Below, in pieces: positions 40,564-50,302 of a stretch of DNA of 64,000 bases. Where the stretch lies: the NCBI GenBank assembly GCA_048885925.1, contig JBHLLG010000001.1:259105-323104 (forward strand), written 5' to 3'. Source of the stretch: Candidatus Hermodarchaeota archaeon (GTDB lineage: Archaea > Asgardarchaeota > Lokiarchaeia > Sigyniarchaeales > SOKP01). Position 1 is the first letter of the stretch; the number at the start of each line of letters is the position of its first letter. The notes below the pieces were generated by a model. It had not been told where the DNA came from. It searched no databases and worked only from the letters and a program-made list of their open reading frames with translations. A program made the translations under genes and the position numbers.

Positions 40564-42697
40564 ACTCCAAGAAAAGAATTTTTTTAATAAACAATCATTC
40601 ACTCAACACGGGCTTGAGATACGAGAATATCAGGTGAAAATCGCCCAACAATGTATCGATAAAAATTCATTAGTAGTATTACCCACGGGGCTTGGAAAAA
40701 CCATTATCGCAGTATTAGTATCGAGTGAGATATTAAAAAAATTCCCTCCCGAAAGTAAGATTATTGTCCTTGCTCCAACAAGACCGTTAATCAATCAACA
40801 TTATGATACATTTCTCAAATATCTCAAGATTGCAGAAGATCAATATGCTATTTTGACGGGGAAGACACTTCCTGATAAAAGGCAAGAAATATTTCAAACC
40901 CATCAAATTCTATTTTACACACCTCAGACGTTAAGGAATGATTTGGTTAATAAGAAATATACTCTAAATGATACTGCTTTATTGGTTATCGATGAAGCCC
41001 ATCATGCTTCTGGTGATTATCCCTATCCGATCATCTCTGATATTTATGTAGACCATAATCCTGATGGAATTATTTTGGCATTAACTGCATCTCCAGGATC
41101 TTCTAAGAAAAAGATTGAAACCTTATGTAGTAATTTACATATTCCTCTCGAAAATATTCATATCAGAACAAGAAAAGATGAGGATGTTGCAACCTATATC
41201 AAACCGATGGATATTTATAAGATAGGAGTTGATTTAACTCCTTTAATGGAAGGGGTCTATCATGCCCTTACAATTGTATTGGAAGAACGATTGCATTATC
41301 TTTCTCAACTGAATTTTTTAGAGCAAAAAGGAGAACACTTACATACAAAGATAATTCGAAAAGATTTACTAAAATTAAATACTGAGTTAGTTTCACTTCT
41401 ACAAAGTAATGGTGATAAAACCGGAGTGTATAGTGCTTTATCTATTAACGCCCAAGCCTTGATTGTATATCATATGCTTGAATTGGTAGAACAGCAAGGC
41501 TTAAACATACTATTAGATTATATTGAAAAATTAAAAAAAGAGGCACATAAAAAATCCAGCTCAAAAGCAAACAAGATATTAGCAGCAGATCAAAGACTTC
41601 ACGCTGTCCATATGGAATTACGAAAGAATGCAGAACTCTCTCCTGAAAATCTCATCCATCCAAAATATCCTGTATTAGTCAAAATTATTCAAGAAGAATT
41701 ACGATATAATCCTCAATCGCGAATCTTAGTCTTTATAAAATTACGTGATTCGGTGAAAAATATTGTAAAAAATCTAAAAGAACATGAAATAATAAAAACA
41801 AAACGATTTGTTGGCCAAGCAACTAAAGGACAAGATGATAAAGGATTAACTCAGAAACAGCAAATTGAGATTTTAGACAAGTTTAAGAATGGAACATATA
41901 ATACTTTAGTTGGGACAAATGTAGCAGAAGAGGGACTAGACATAGCGGAGTGCGATCTAGTTATTTTCTATGATGTTGTTGCTTCAGAGATTCGATATAT
42001 TCAGAGAAAAGGGAGAACTGCCCGTCATCGGGAAGGAAAAGTAGTTATCTTATACTGTAAAGGAACAAGGGATGAAATGTATCTTAAAATCGCATTATCT
42101 AAGCTTACTCGAATGAATATTACCTTAAAAAATCCGCAACAATTTAAAGAATCTTGTATTAGAAGCTCACGATCATTCCTAAACTCAGGAGAGATTCCTA
42201 AAGAGCAAAAAATAGAAAAACCGAAGATCAATGTAGAAAAATCCGACCTCTCAAGTTCAAAAAAGCAATATCAATCCAATTTAGAATCTTTTTTAGAAGC
42301 AAAAATTCAAAAAAGTCTAATACAGGTTAGCAAATATTTCCCAATGAAATTTGGAATACTTAAGAAATTACAAGAAATGAATATTAAATATGATATAGTG
42401 AATTCCGACTTACATCTAGTATTGTATAACAAAGTGTTAGTTCAGATATTTACACCTTCCCAAATTATACTTGATGAATTTATCAATACTGCTAAAGATC
42501 TTCAACAAATATCTTCTCTTTTTATCGCTATAGTTGATTTTATAGACTTTAAAGAAGATGTTGAAGGCGCGAAGAAAATTTTCAAATGTAGGTTACAAGA
42601 AATCAGTCAAGAACACCATATACAAATAATCTCAATCGACAATGAAGAAGAACTATTTTTTATTTTAAAAAGTATTATTACAACAACACTGGAGTGA
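40556..42697 (+). CDS. hef: Hef/FANCM-family DEAH helicase with degenerate C-terminal ERCC4-like domain
   Basis: REYQ, LPTGLGKT, DEAH, TASP, RFVGQA, EEGLDI, QRKGRT. Confidence 0.9.
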   Translation: MGELQEKNFFNKQSFTQHGLEIREYQVKIAQQCIDKNSLVVLPTGLGKTIIAVLVSSEILKKFPPESKIIVLAPTRPLINQHYDTFLKYLKIAEDQYAILTGKTLPDKRQEIFQTHQILFYTPQTLRNDLVNKKYTLNDTALLVIDEAHHASGDYPYPIISDIYVDHNPDGIILALTASPGSSKKKIETLCSNLHIPLENIHIRTRKDEDVATYIKPMDIYKIGVDLTPLMEGVYHALTIVLEERLHYLSQLNFLEQKGEHLHTKIIRKDLLKLNTELVSLLQSNGDKTGVYSALSINAQALIVYHMLELVEQQGLNILLDYIEKLKKEAHKKSSSKANKILAADQRLHAVHMELRKNAELSPENLIHPKYPVLVKIIQEELRYNPQSRILVFIKLRDSVKNIVKNLKEHEIIKTKRFVGQATKGQDDKGLTQKQQIEILDKFKNGTYNTLVGTNVAEEGLDIAECDLVIFYDVVASEIRYIQRKGRTARHREGKVVILYCKGTRDEMYLKIALSKLTRMNITLKNPQQFKESCIRSSRSFLNSGEIPKEQKIEKPKINVEKSDLSSSKKQYQSNLESFLEAKIQKSLIQVSKYFPMKFGILKKLQEMNIKYDIVNSDLHLVLYNKVLVQIFTPSQIILDEFINTAKDLQQISSLFIAIVDFIDFKEDVEGAKKIFKCRLQEISQEHHIQIISIDNEEELFFILKSIITTTLE

Positions 42698-43227
42698 AAA
42701 AAATGGAAGAGGAAGGATGGCAAAAAGATACAACCCCCTATATCATATTTGCCTGTAAAAAGTGCCAGCAGTATATATTCGCAAAAACAACTCAAAAGAC
42801 AAAAAAGTGCTTACGGTGTGGTCGATTCCATAGAGTATCCGATATTAGTAATAATGGAGACCTTGTGAGAGGAATGAAAAATGCTCTTGAGATTATCAAA
42901 AAAAGACAAGAAGAATTTGTAATAGAGGCGGTAGGACAAGTGCCTGAGTTTAGAAGTCAATTCGATTTTAAATTAATTCAGGAATTCAAATATCAGAAGA
43001 ACCTCCATGCAGAAGATAATGATAATTATGAAAGGAAGTTTCAAGAAATGCTCATAGAATTAACCAAACTCTATAAAACGTTCCCACTTTATATTATAGA
43101 AATTTGGGCAGAAAAGTATAGAATTCCAAATGAAGAATTAAAAATTCTTATGAGAAATCTTCAGAGACAAGGAATTTTAATAAAAGTGAAGAATCACTCA
43201 TACAAGTTTAAAATTCGAAAAGAATGA
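42694..43227 (+). CDS. DUF1922-like Zn-ribbon protein with C-terminal winged helix
   Basis: IFACKKCQ...KKCLRCG. Confidence 0.65.
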   Translation: MKKMEEEGWQKDTTPYIIFACKKCQQYIFAKTTQKTKKCLRCGRFHRVSDISNNGDLVRGMKNALEIIKKRQEEFVIEAVGQVPEFRSQFDFKLIQEFKYQKNLHAEDNDNYERKFQEMLIELTKLYKTFPLYIIEIWAEKYRIPNEELKILMRNLQRQGILIKVKNHSYKFKIRKE

Positions 43228-43259
43228 TATTTCTCAATAGAGATGAGAAAGAAAATATT

Positions 43260-43493
43260 TTATTTTCTTCTTAAGCTTGACTTAAATTCATTTCGAAGTA
43301 GAGTCTGATATACAGGGTGCCTTTCACGAAAAGGAATCTTTTCTTGACCATAATAAATGAATTTTTCAGTGTTTTGAATCGCTGAGAAAGGGATAATGAT
43401 ATCTTTAAGATTGTATTCAATATTTACTTTTTGTGGCTGAATCTCTTGAATTTTTTTATCCTTTAATCTAGAGCTAATTTTTGATAACCCCAA
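43260..43493 (-). CDS. Small ERHPVY-motif protein 1
   Basis: YYGQEKIPFRERHPVYQTLLRNEF shared with its two neighbours. Confidence 0.7.
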   Translation of the reverse strand: MGLSKISSRLKDKKIQEIQPQKVNIEYNLKDIIIPFSAIQNTEKFIYYGQEKIPFRERHPVYQTLLRNEFKSSLRRK

Positions 43494-43541
43494 AAACTAT
43501 TTTTAATCCAATTATTAATTGTAATTATTTAAACAAAAAAT

Positions 43542-43769
43542 TCAGAATGAAAGATGAGTAAAAAATCGTTTTTTCAAAATAGATTTCTTGTTAGACACTT
43601 TCCTTACTTTATAGGGGAATTCTCCCAATAAAATAGCTTGATACACTGGATGTCTTTCCTTGAAGGGAATTTTCTCATTTCCTTCATATAAAAGATAAGG
43701 AATTGACCTTAGCTTAAATTGTTGGTCAGAATCGTCTTGTATTTTTTTATTTATGGTTTTAGAGCTCAT
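43542..43769 (-). CDS. Small ERHPVY-motif protein 2
   Basis: YEGNEKIPFKERHPVYQAILLGEF. Confidence 0.75.
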   Translation of the reverse strand: MSSKTINKKIQDDSDQQFKLRSIPYLLYEGNEKIPFKERHPVYQAILLGEFPYKVRKVSNKKSILKKRFFTHLSF

Positions 43770-43857
43770 AATTCTTCAAATTATTTTTCATTGAATGCCT
43801 TTTAATATAGGAGAAGATTGAAAAAATTTAAATAAAAATTATGAGCCTTTGAAGATT

Positions 43858-44190
43858 TTATGATTTTCTTATAAATTTTCTGATAATACTAACAGATTGT
43901 CTTTTCTTCATGCCAAACTCATTTAAAAGAAGTTGTTTATATACTGGATGTCTTTCTCTGAAGCTAGATTTTTCAATTCCATCATATATATATGAAGGTT
44001 CTTTATATTCACTCTCAAATTTTGAAAATGGAATTACGATCAAATTAAAATTTATAAACTCTTCTTCTAGATTATCTTTATTAGGGAAGATATAGATGCT
44101 ATTTTTTTTTAGTTGAGAGCTCATAATTATTTCACTTTCATATATTTTTTTCTTATACATAAAACCTAGATTTGGATATATAAAATCCAT
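43858..44190 (-). CDS. Small ERHPVY-motif protein 3
   Basis: YDGIEKSSFRERHPVYKQLLLNEF. Confidence 0.7.
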   Translation of the reverse strand: MDFIYPNLGFMYKKKIYESEIIMSSQLKKNSIYIFPNKDNLEEEFINFNLIVIPFSKFESEYKEPSYIYDGIEKSSFRERHPVYKQLLLNEFGMKKRQSVSIIRKFIRKS

Positions 44191-44226
44191 TGGAATGAAA
44201 TTGAAGTCTTTATCTTTTTAATTTTT

Positions 44227-44502
44227 TTATTCTTTCTTACTTTTATCTTTTAATTTTTTCAGGTATAATTTCATAAAATATCGTTCACTTTCACAAAAAT
44301 CGAATTTTTGTTTTTTAGAAAGATTTGAACAATTTAATAATATTGCATGAATTCTTTGAAGTGTTATAAGATTTTCATCACAGATATTCTCAATTTCTGT
44401 ATTATTTTTTTTTAGATTGGTTTTATCTGAATTTTGTAAAACTCTTGTGTTAGAGATTACTTCTTTGATCTTAATCCTTTCTTTTTCGATTTTTGTATCC
44501 AT
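44227..44502 (-). CDS. Hypothetical protein
   Basis: Start overlaps the helicase stop codon. Confidence 0.55.
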   Translation of the reverse strand: MDTKIEKERIKIKEVISNTRVLQNSDKTNLKKNNTEIENICDENLITLQRIHAILLNCSNLSKKQKFDFCESERYFMKLYLKKLKDKSKKE

Positions 44503-47045
44503 TATTTCTTGTGATTCTTGATTATTTTTTTACAAAGATTTATTCCTAATCCCGTTTTTTGATTTAAGACAAAAGGGCTTTCTTTTTTTACTTGAGAGGC
44601 AGTATGATATCCTGCATTATACAAAAGTCGCGCCCTTACTCGGGCAACATCATTTAATCGCATCACTAAATCAAATAACTCCTCGTGGATTCCATAATGC
44701 AATCGAATTTTTAGCGTTTCTGCCATTTCTGCAACAGAGACTAACTTATCATGCAGATCAGTACCATGAGTGCTTAAATTACTAGCGATAATTCCAATAA
44801 AGGTAATTATTCTTTCTAGATTATCTCTTACAGAAAATAAATCTCCCGCCATAATGTTGTATTTATCTAAGATTTCATCAATTGGTTCTTCATCTGCCCA
44901 TTCTAAAATCGGTTGTAGCATTTTCGTATCCTTTACTCTGAATTCTGCTCTTAAAATGTCAAAAGCCACTTTAATCAGTTCTTGGAAGCTATTAATCTCA
45001 CTATATTCCAATTTGTAGCGGATTATCACTCCTGATACAGGGTATAAATACAATCGTATAATGAGTTTTCCAAATTGAGAGCATTTGATGGTTCTATCTT
45101 CATTTTTTATAATTAATCCTTTCTCAAACAAGTAGGATAAGATATACTGATTCTTTATTGATTTAGGAATAATGGAATCTACATATTTCTGAAAGTTTGC
45201 ATCTGGTAATTGGACAAGGTAGATTAAGAAGCTAGAAACATGATCACAAAACTCAAAACTAAACTCATCATTAGCAAAGTTATCGGAAATACCATTTTGA
45301 ACCCCGCAAGTACATTGAATTCCCGTGTCGATGTCAAATTGACAAAAATATACCCCATACGAGGTCTTAATATACCCAGAGATATTGGAATCGTTGAATT
45401 TAGTTAATTTAATCTGATAATTGTTTTCTTTTAATGACTGGATTTTAGCAGGATTTGCATGTAATTTTAAGATATTTATAGGAGTAATTTCTTTTATCAT
45501 TAAGAGCTGTTCAATAGGTATTTGTTGTTCTTTCATTTTATGTTTAATTCCATACCAAAAGTATGTTTTTTCAAAAAATTGTTTTAATAACTTTAATGTG
45601 ATATTTTTTTCCTCATAAATTCTTAAAAGAACTTGTTCTTTGAGTGTATTAATTTTGTTTAACCCTGATGTTAAATCATTATATTTTGGTATAAGGATTT
45701 TTGTAATTGGTTGTGTTTGAAAGAAATGATCTTCTACCCACATTTTTTCCTCAATGTCGTGTACTAAAATGATACCATACCCTACTGAATCAAGACCAGG
45801 ACGTCCTGCTCTTCCTAATATTTGAAATACTTCATTCGCAGAAAAAGATTTAAAATAGGAAAACCCATCTCCGTTTTCATGAAATCCTGAAAAATTCTTA
45901 ATATTATGCCCAGAAGTAACATACTTTTTAAAATCTTTTAAAATAACAACCCGAGCTGGAGTATTAATGCCCGCTGATAATGTGGTAGTACAGCAAATAA
46001 CTTTAATAATTCGTTTTCGGAAATAATCTTCTACTAGTTTTCTTTCTTTTGGTAAAAGTCCAGCATGATGAAAAGCCACTCCCGATTTGATGACTTTTTG
46101 AAGATCTTTATGCCCTCCTCTGATTGAACTCAATTGCTTTTCTAAATTTTTACATATTTTCAGCTCATTCTCACTTACTACCTTTTTAACGAGGGATTTA
46201 AGATTCTCTGCTGATTGTTGGGTCTTTTTTCGTTTATTGAGAAAAATAAGTAATTGTCCATCTTTTCCTAATATTGATTTTACAATTCTTTTGATGGTAG
46301 AATCCTTGTTTTGAGTAATTTCGATCTTATAATGAAGAGGCACAGGTCGAGTATCAGATTGAATCAGTGTAGTGTCATTCCCCAATGAAGACAACCACGA
46401 ATTAAAAAATTCAGGATTAGCAATAGTGGCTGAAAGCCCAAGGATTTGAGGATTATGTAAGAATTCATTTAATCTTACAATCAAGGATTCTAATCGTGGA
46501 CCTCTATCTGATTCCCCTATGATATGGATCTCATCAATAATAATAGTTGAAATATCATAAATCCACTCCTTATCATAGAAATTTCTCAGGATCGAATCCA
46601 TTTTCTCATAAGTAGTTATAATCATATCTGCTTTTTCTAGTTTTGAATCATCCACATCATAATCTCCTATGGAAAGCTCCACATGAACATTAAAGCGCTC
46701 ATAATTTTTTTTAAAATGAAAATATTTTTCTGTGGCTAATGCTTTGTAAGGGACTAAATATACTGATTTTCCGAAATTCTGAAATACATTATTTATTGCA
46801 CACACTTCACCGATTAATGTTTTACCACTTCCAGAAGGTGCACATACTAAAAATGATTTCCGAAAAAATAATCCTTTTTTGATGGTCTCTTTTTGAATCT
46901 CCCGTAATTGGAAGATTTTACTTTCAAATAGTACTCGTAAAATCCGTTCATCCTGAATAAATTTAAAAATTTCTTTATCAATATCATCCTTGACTTTTTC
47001 TTTTTCCACTTTATCGGTAAAGTCGGTTAGTGTTATTAAAAGCAC
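44502..47045 (-). CDS. hel308: Hel308/Ski2-like DExH helicase with SWIM-like Zn-finger insertion
   Basis: APSGSGKT, DEIH, RGPRLE, LSAT, HHAGL, TLSAGIN, GRAGRP; C-terminal ratchet and HhH. Confidence 0.88.
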   Translation of the reverse strand: MLLITLTDFTDKVEKEKVKDDIDKEIFKFIQDERILRVLFESKIFQLREIQKETIKKGLFFRKSFLVCAPSGSGKTLIGEVCAINNVFQNFGKSVYLVPYKALATEKYFHFKKNYERFNVHVELSIGDYDVDDSKLEKADMIITTYEKMDSILRNFYDKEWIYDISTIIIDEIHIIGESDRGPRLESLIVRLNEFLHNPQILGLSATIANPEFFNSWLSSLGNDTTLIQSDTRPVPLHYKIEITQNKDSTIKRIVKSILGKDGQLLIFLNKRKKTQQSAENLKSLVKKVVSENELKICKNLEKQLSSIRGGHKDLQKVIKSGVAFHHAGLLPKERKLVEDYFRKRIIKVICCTTTLSAGINTPARVVILKDFKKYVTSGHNIKNFSGFHENGDGFSYFKSFSANEVFQILGRAGRPGLDSVGYGIILVHDIEEKMWVEDHFFQTQPITKILIPKYNDLTSGLNKINTLKEQVLLRIYEEKNITLKLLKQFFEKTYFWYGIKHKMKEQQIPIEQLLMIKEITPINILKLHANPAKIQSLKENNYQIKLTKFNDSNISGYIKTSYGVYFCQFDIDTGIQCTCGVQNGISDNFANDEFSFEFCDHVSSFLIYLVQLPDANFQKYVDSIIPKSIKNQYILSYLFEKGLIIKNEDRTIKCSQFGKLIIRLYLYPVSGVIIRYKLEYSEINSFQELIKVAFDILRAEFRVKDTKMLQPILEWADEEPIDEILDKYNIMAGDLFSVRDNLERIITFIGIIASNLSTHGTDLHDKLVSVAEMAETLKIRLHYGIHEELFDLVMRLNDVARVRARLLYNAGYHTASQVKKESPFVLNQKTGLGINLCKKIIKNHKK

Positions 47046-47048
47046 CTC

Positions 47049-47303
47049 TTAATAGGGATTTGTCCACTTTTTCATACATTGACTAAATGTTTCTGAATCT
47101 CGCGAAATTTCTATGCTTTTGATAACGCTTAAATTTCTAATTTGTAAATTTGAACTAATATAGCAGATTAACGCATGCAAAGGGGTACCATGAATATGAA
47201 TGTGAGGAAAATATATTGTTGGTTGTAACGTATTTAATGTCCCAATTTCTATTCCTAATGAAATATTTTTCTTACAAAAGGGGCATACGACTTTTTTTTT
47301 CAC
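47049..47303 (-). CDS. Small Cys/His Zn-binding protein
   Basis: CPFC...HIHIHG..H. Confidence 0.65.
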   Translation of the reverse strand: MKKKVVCPFCKKNISLGIEIGTLNTLQPTIYFPHIHIHGTPLHALICYISSNLQIRNLSVIKSIEISRDSETFSQCMKKWTNPY

Positions 47304-47539
47304 GTTTTTTTTTACTTCATTGGTATTTTTTATTTTTCCGAATGCAACGACGATAACTTATCACATCAAATTTAATTATAGTTACTTAATAAAACCATGA
47401 AATTTAAAGAAAAAAGCGAAAGAATGATCTATCTTATAAAAAGGAGGTTAAAGACAAAGACAAAATTGAAAGATAGAATCCTTGATAAAAAAGAAATTAA
47501 AATGGATATTACAATAAAATTTTTTATTTTTAGAAAAAG

Positions 47540-47672
47540 TGTCTAGCTCCCGATACTACCAGACGCAAGAACGCGTCTATAAAACAAAATAGGGGGAGGA
47601 GGGCGAAATTAGAGTGTAAGAAATTACACTACCAAAAGACAAAAATCCAGGGTGTAATTCGGGAGCTAAACA
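47540..47672 (-). ncRNA. Putative structured ncRNA, copy 2
   Basis: Closing stem TGTTTAGCTCCCGA/TCGGGAGCTAGACA on the minus strand, same 22-nt core and hairpin order as copy 1; TTTAAATA upstream at 47734-47741. Confidence 0.55.
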
Positions 47673-47774
47673 TGAATTTTGATTTTGAGTCATGCACATT
47701 TTTGCCATTTCTAAGATTATAATTCAATAACTCTATTTAAAATTGTAGCTTATAAAAAAATTCTCTGATTTTTT

Positions 47775-47791
47775 AATTTTTTCTTTAAATA
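47775..47791 (+). promoter_or_regulatory. Promoter of the HhH/VirB4-like operon, T-tract type
   Basis: TTTTTTCTTTAAATA about 20-28 nt before the candidate ATGs. Confidence 0.55.
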
Positions 47792-47809
47792 TGAATAGAA
47801 GATATTAGG

Positions 47810-49621
47810 ATGATATATATGACTGTCTTAGAGGATCAGCTTCCTAGGAAAAAAGAGGATACTGAGATTTATGAAGAACAGTTGGCTTCAGATTCTCTTA
47901 CGATTTCTTTTAAAAAAGGAGATTTAACCGTTATTAAAGGCATAGGTCCTAATGTTGCAGAGAAACTGAAAGCACAAGGATATATTACTGTAGAAGATAT
48001 TGCAAATGCAAATGTACGCCAAATTTCATTGATTAAAGGTATAGGACTTTCGACTGCAGAAAAATTTATTGAAAATGCAAAAGCATATTTACAAATTCAT
48101 AATAAAGACTTATCAACTTTTTCTATACCTCAAATATCTGACACTAGTTCAAATGAATATTCAGTAGAGGAGGTAAAGAAGGATGAGAGCGTTCCACTTG
48201 AGATAATTGATGAAACACCATGTAAGGTTGAGATAAAACCATGGTTTGATCCAAAATACAAGATTTCACGATTAGGAAAAAGTTATGATGTTAAGAAAGA
48301 AAGAGTTCTAGGAGATAATATAGAAGAAATAGATGAAAATTTGGATGAAAATCGTGATATACCAAAAGATTATGAAGATGAAGAATCATTACATAAAGGT
48401 TTTATTGAAGAACCGAGTTTTTTACCAAGAAACGAGTCTTCAAATTCTACTCAAATAGAAATGATAGATATTCAAATTTCAAGAGATCTTGAACGTTTAG
48501 GGTTTTACCTTCTTAAAAAGACACCAGAATTACGTCAATTATTTCTAGGAATAGATATGTTGGCTATTAAGCTTGTTCGTGCAAAAGAATTTTTAGACTT
48601 CATCTACATTATTCCTTTAAAAATCAGCACACTAAAAGGAGTTTTAGTTGTATCTGAGACTACCATTGAATATCGCCCTACTACCGAGGAAAAAGATACT
48701 CTTTTTAAAATGAGGGGAGTGCCAGAATCAATTTTAAAGGGACTTCACAATTCAGGACAAAAGATTTTTCAAGACATTTTGAATATTGGGACGCTTTACA
48801 AGCTTATTAAACAATATCTACAAATTGATATCTCCCTTAAAAAGACAGTAATCCGTGAAACTCTGTTTTTTCATTCTGGTCCGTTACAATATCGATTTTT
48901 ATTGGAACCAATCCTGATCTCCCAAGGAACTGTAGGATTCACAGAGAAATTAATTCCGTTTGCGTATCACAAACACACTAATATCCATATTATTGAAGTA
49001 TCTCAGTTATCGAATTTCTTAGATTATATTGATCAAAAATACTTGCTTATAGAAAATTATACACAACAGAAGACTTCGATTGAGCTCCATGAAGAATCGA
49101 TGTACAAATTCTCAAAAGATATAAGAAATTTTTCGGCTCCTTTTATGCTGTTTGGATTTGTATTTTTATCATTATTGATATTTCAGGCGTATTCAGTTTT
49201 ATCTATATTCATTAGTTTAGGATATGGAGTTTCAGCACTGTATGGTATTGGATTTGGCTATCTGTATTTAAAGTATCATCAGCAAAAAGTGGCTATTAAG
49301 AATGAGCTGTCCACTCCTTACTATCAGAGAAAGTATGAATTCAAAAAGCCTGATTTGGACTTAATCGCAGAAGAATTTAGCCCAAAACTTATGGAACAAT
49401 TCATTTATGAATGTGTCAATAAAGAAATAGCTTCTAATATCATTTCTAAAATAGAACGAGAGAATGCTGAAGCTTATTTCTCAAGCAAAGTAGCCCAAAA
49501 GACAATAGAAGAAGATTCGCTATTTGAGGCTGAAACCCCAACTCCTCTTGTAAAGGAGAAAAGAAATTCTGAGTTTACTGAGCAATTATCAGATAAATTT
49601 AGTTCGTTTCTGGAGGATTAA
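47810..49621 (+). CDS. Membrane-anchored helix-hairpin-helix DNA-binding protein
   Basis: IKGIGPNVAEKL...IKGIGLSTAEKF double HhH, acidic linker, 2 TM near the C-terminus. Confidence 0.75.
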   Translation: MIYMTVLEDQLPRKKEDTEIYEEQLASDSLTISFKKGDLTVIKGIGPNVAEKLKAQGYITVEDIANANVRQISLIKGIGLSTAEKFIENAKAYLQIHNKDLSTFSIPQISDTSSNEYSVEEVKKDESVPLEIIDETPCKVEIKPWFDPKYKISRLGKSYDVKKERVLGDNIEEIDENLDENRDIPKDYEDEESLHKGFIEEPSFLPRNESSNSTQIEMIDIQISRDLERLGFYLLKKTPELRQLFLGIDMLAIKLVRAKEFLDFIYIIPLKISTLKGVLVVSETTIEYRPTTEEKDTLFKMRGVPESILKGLHNSGQKIFQDILNIGTLYKLIKQYLQIDISLKKTVIRETLFFHSGPLQYRFLLEPILISQGTVGFTEKLIPFAYHKHTNIHIIEVSQLSNFLDYIDQKYLLIENYTQQKTSIELHEESMYKFSKDIRNFSAPFMLFGFVFLSLLIFQAYSVLSIFISLGYGVSALYGIGFGYLYLKYHQQKVAIKNELSTPYYQRKYEFKKPDLDLIAEEFSPKLMEQFIYECVNKEIASNIISKIERENAEAYFSSKVAQKTIEEDSLFEAETPTPLVKEKRNSEFTEQLSDKFSSFLED

Positions 49622-49623
49622 AA

Positions 49624-50295
49624 ATGAAGTTAAGATCAGTACAAACATTTCGAGTATTATTTCTAATTGGGCTTATTTTGTTGTTATTTTCCGTGTTTTT
49701 ACAGTGGTATTCTTTTCAAATATATAACTTGGATCACGAGCTTCTGGTATCATGGGACTATACTATGTTTAGTGGATGGAACACACCCTTAGTCTATAGT
49801 TCATTTTTCAATGAGTCAATGAAACCAATAAATAACGGATCTCCGTTAATGTTTACGATCCTTCTTGCTGGTGGGATTATTTTATCCGGCTATGTCATCC
49901 TTTTTCATGACATTGAAAATGCTATAAATCCCGATTCCTGTTATAAATTTGGATACCTTCTTGCCTTTGTAGTTGCCGTAATTTTTGTTTATATTTGCAT
50001 TTTTCCTGCTTTATACATAATATCCAATAATTTAATGTTTCCTTTTTTTACCGTTGTAAATAATGATGCTGGACTTATCTCTTATTATAGTATTGGACCT
50101 GGATATCTCTTACAACTAATTACATTTCCATTATTATTTCCTTATTGCTTTTTTTACATTGCCACAATTCGAAAATTCAAACAACAGGACAATACACCCG
50201 AAAAAAAAGTAGAAAAATTAATAACAAAATCGCAAGATGTTCTGGATTTAGATAAACTCATTGCCGAAGAAGAATTAAAGCAAAAAATAGGGTGA
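49624..50295 (+). CDS. Membrane protein (4 TM)
   Basis: Hydrophobic ORF in the operon. Confidence 0.75.
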   Translation: MKLRSVQTFRVLFLIGLILLLFSVFLQWYSFQIYNLDHELLVSWDYTMFSGWNTPLVYSSFFNESMKPINNGSPLMFTILLAGGIILSGYVILFHDIENAINPDSCYKFGYLLAFVVAVIFVYICIFPALYIISNNLMFPFFTVVNNDAGLISYYSIGPGYLLQLITFPLLFPYCFFYIATIRKFKQQDNTPEKKVEKLITKSQDVLDLDKLIAEEELKQKIG

Positions 50296-50302
50296 GAAAA
50301 AG

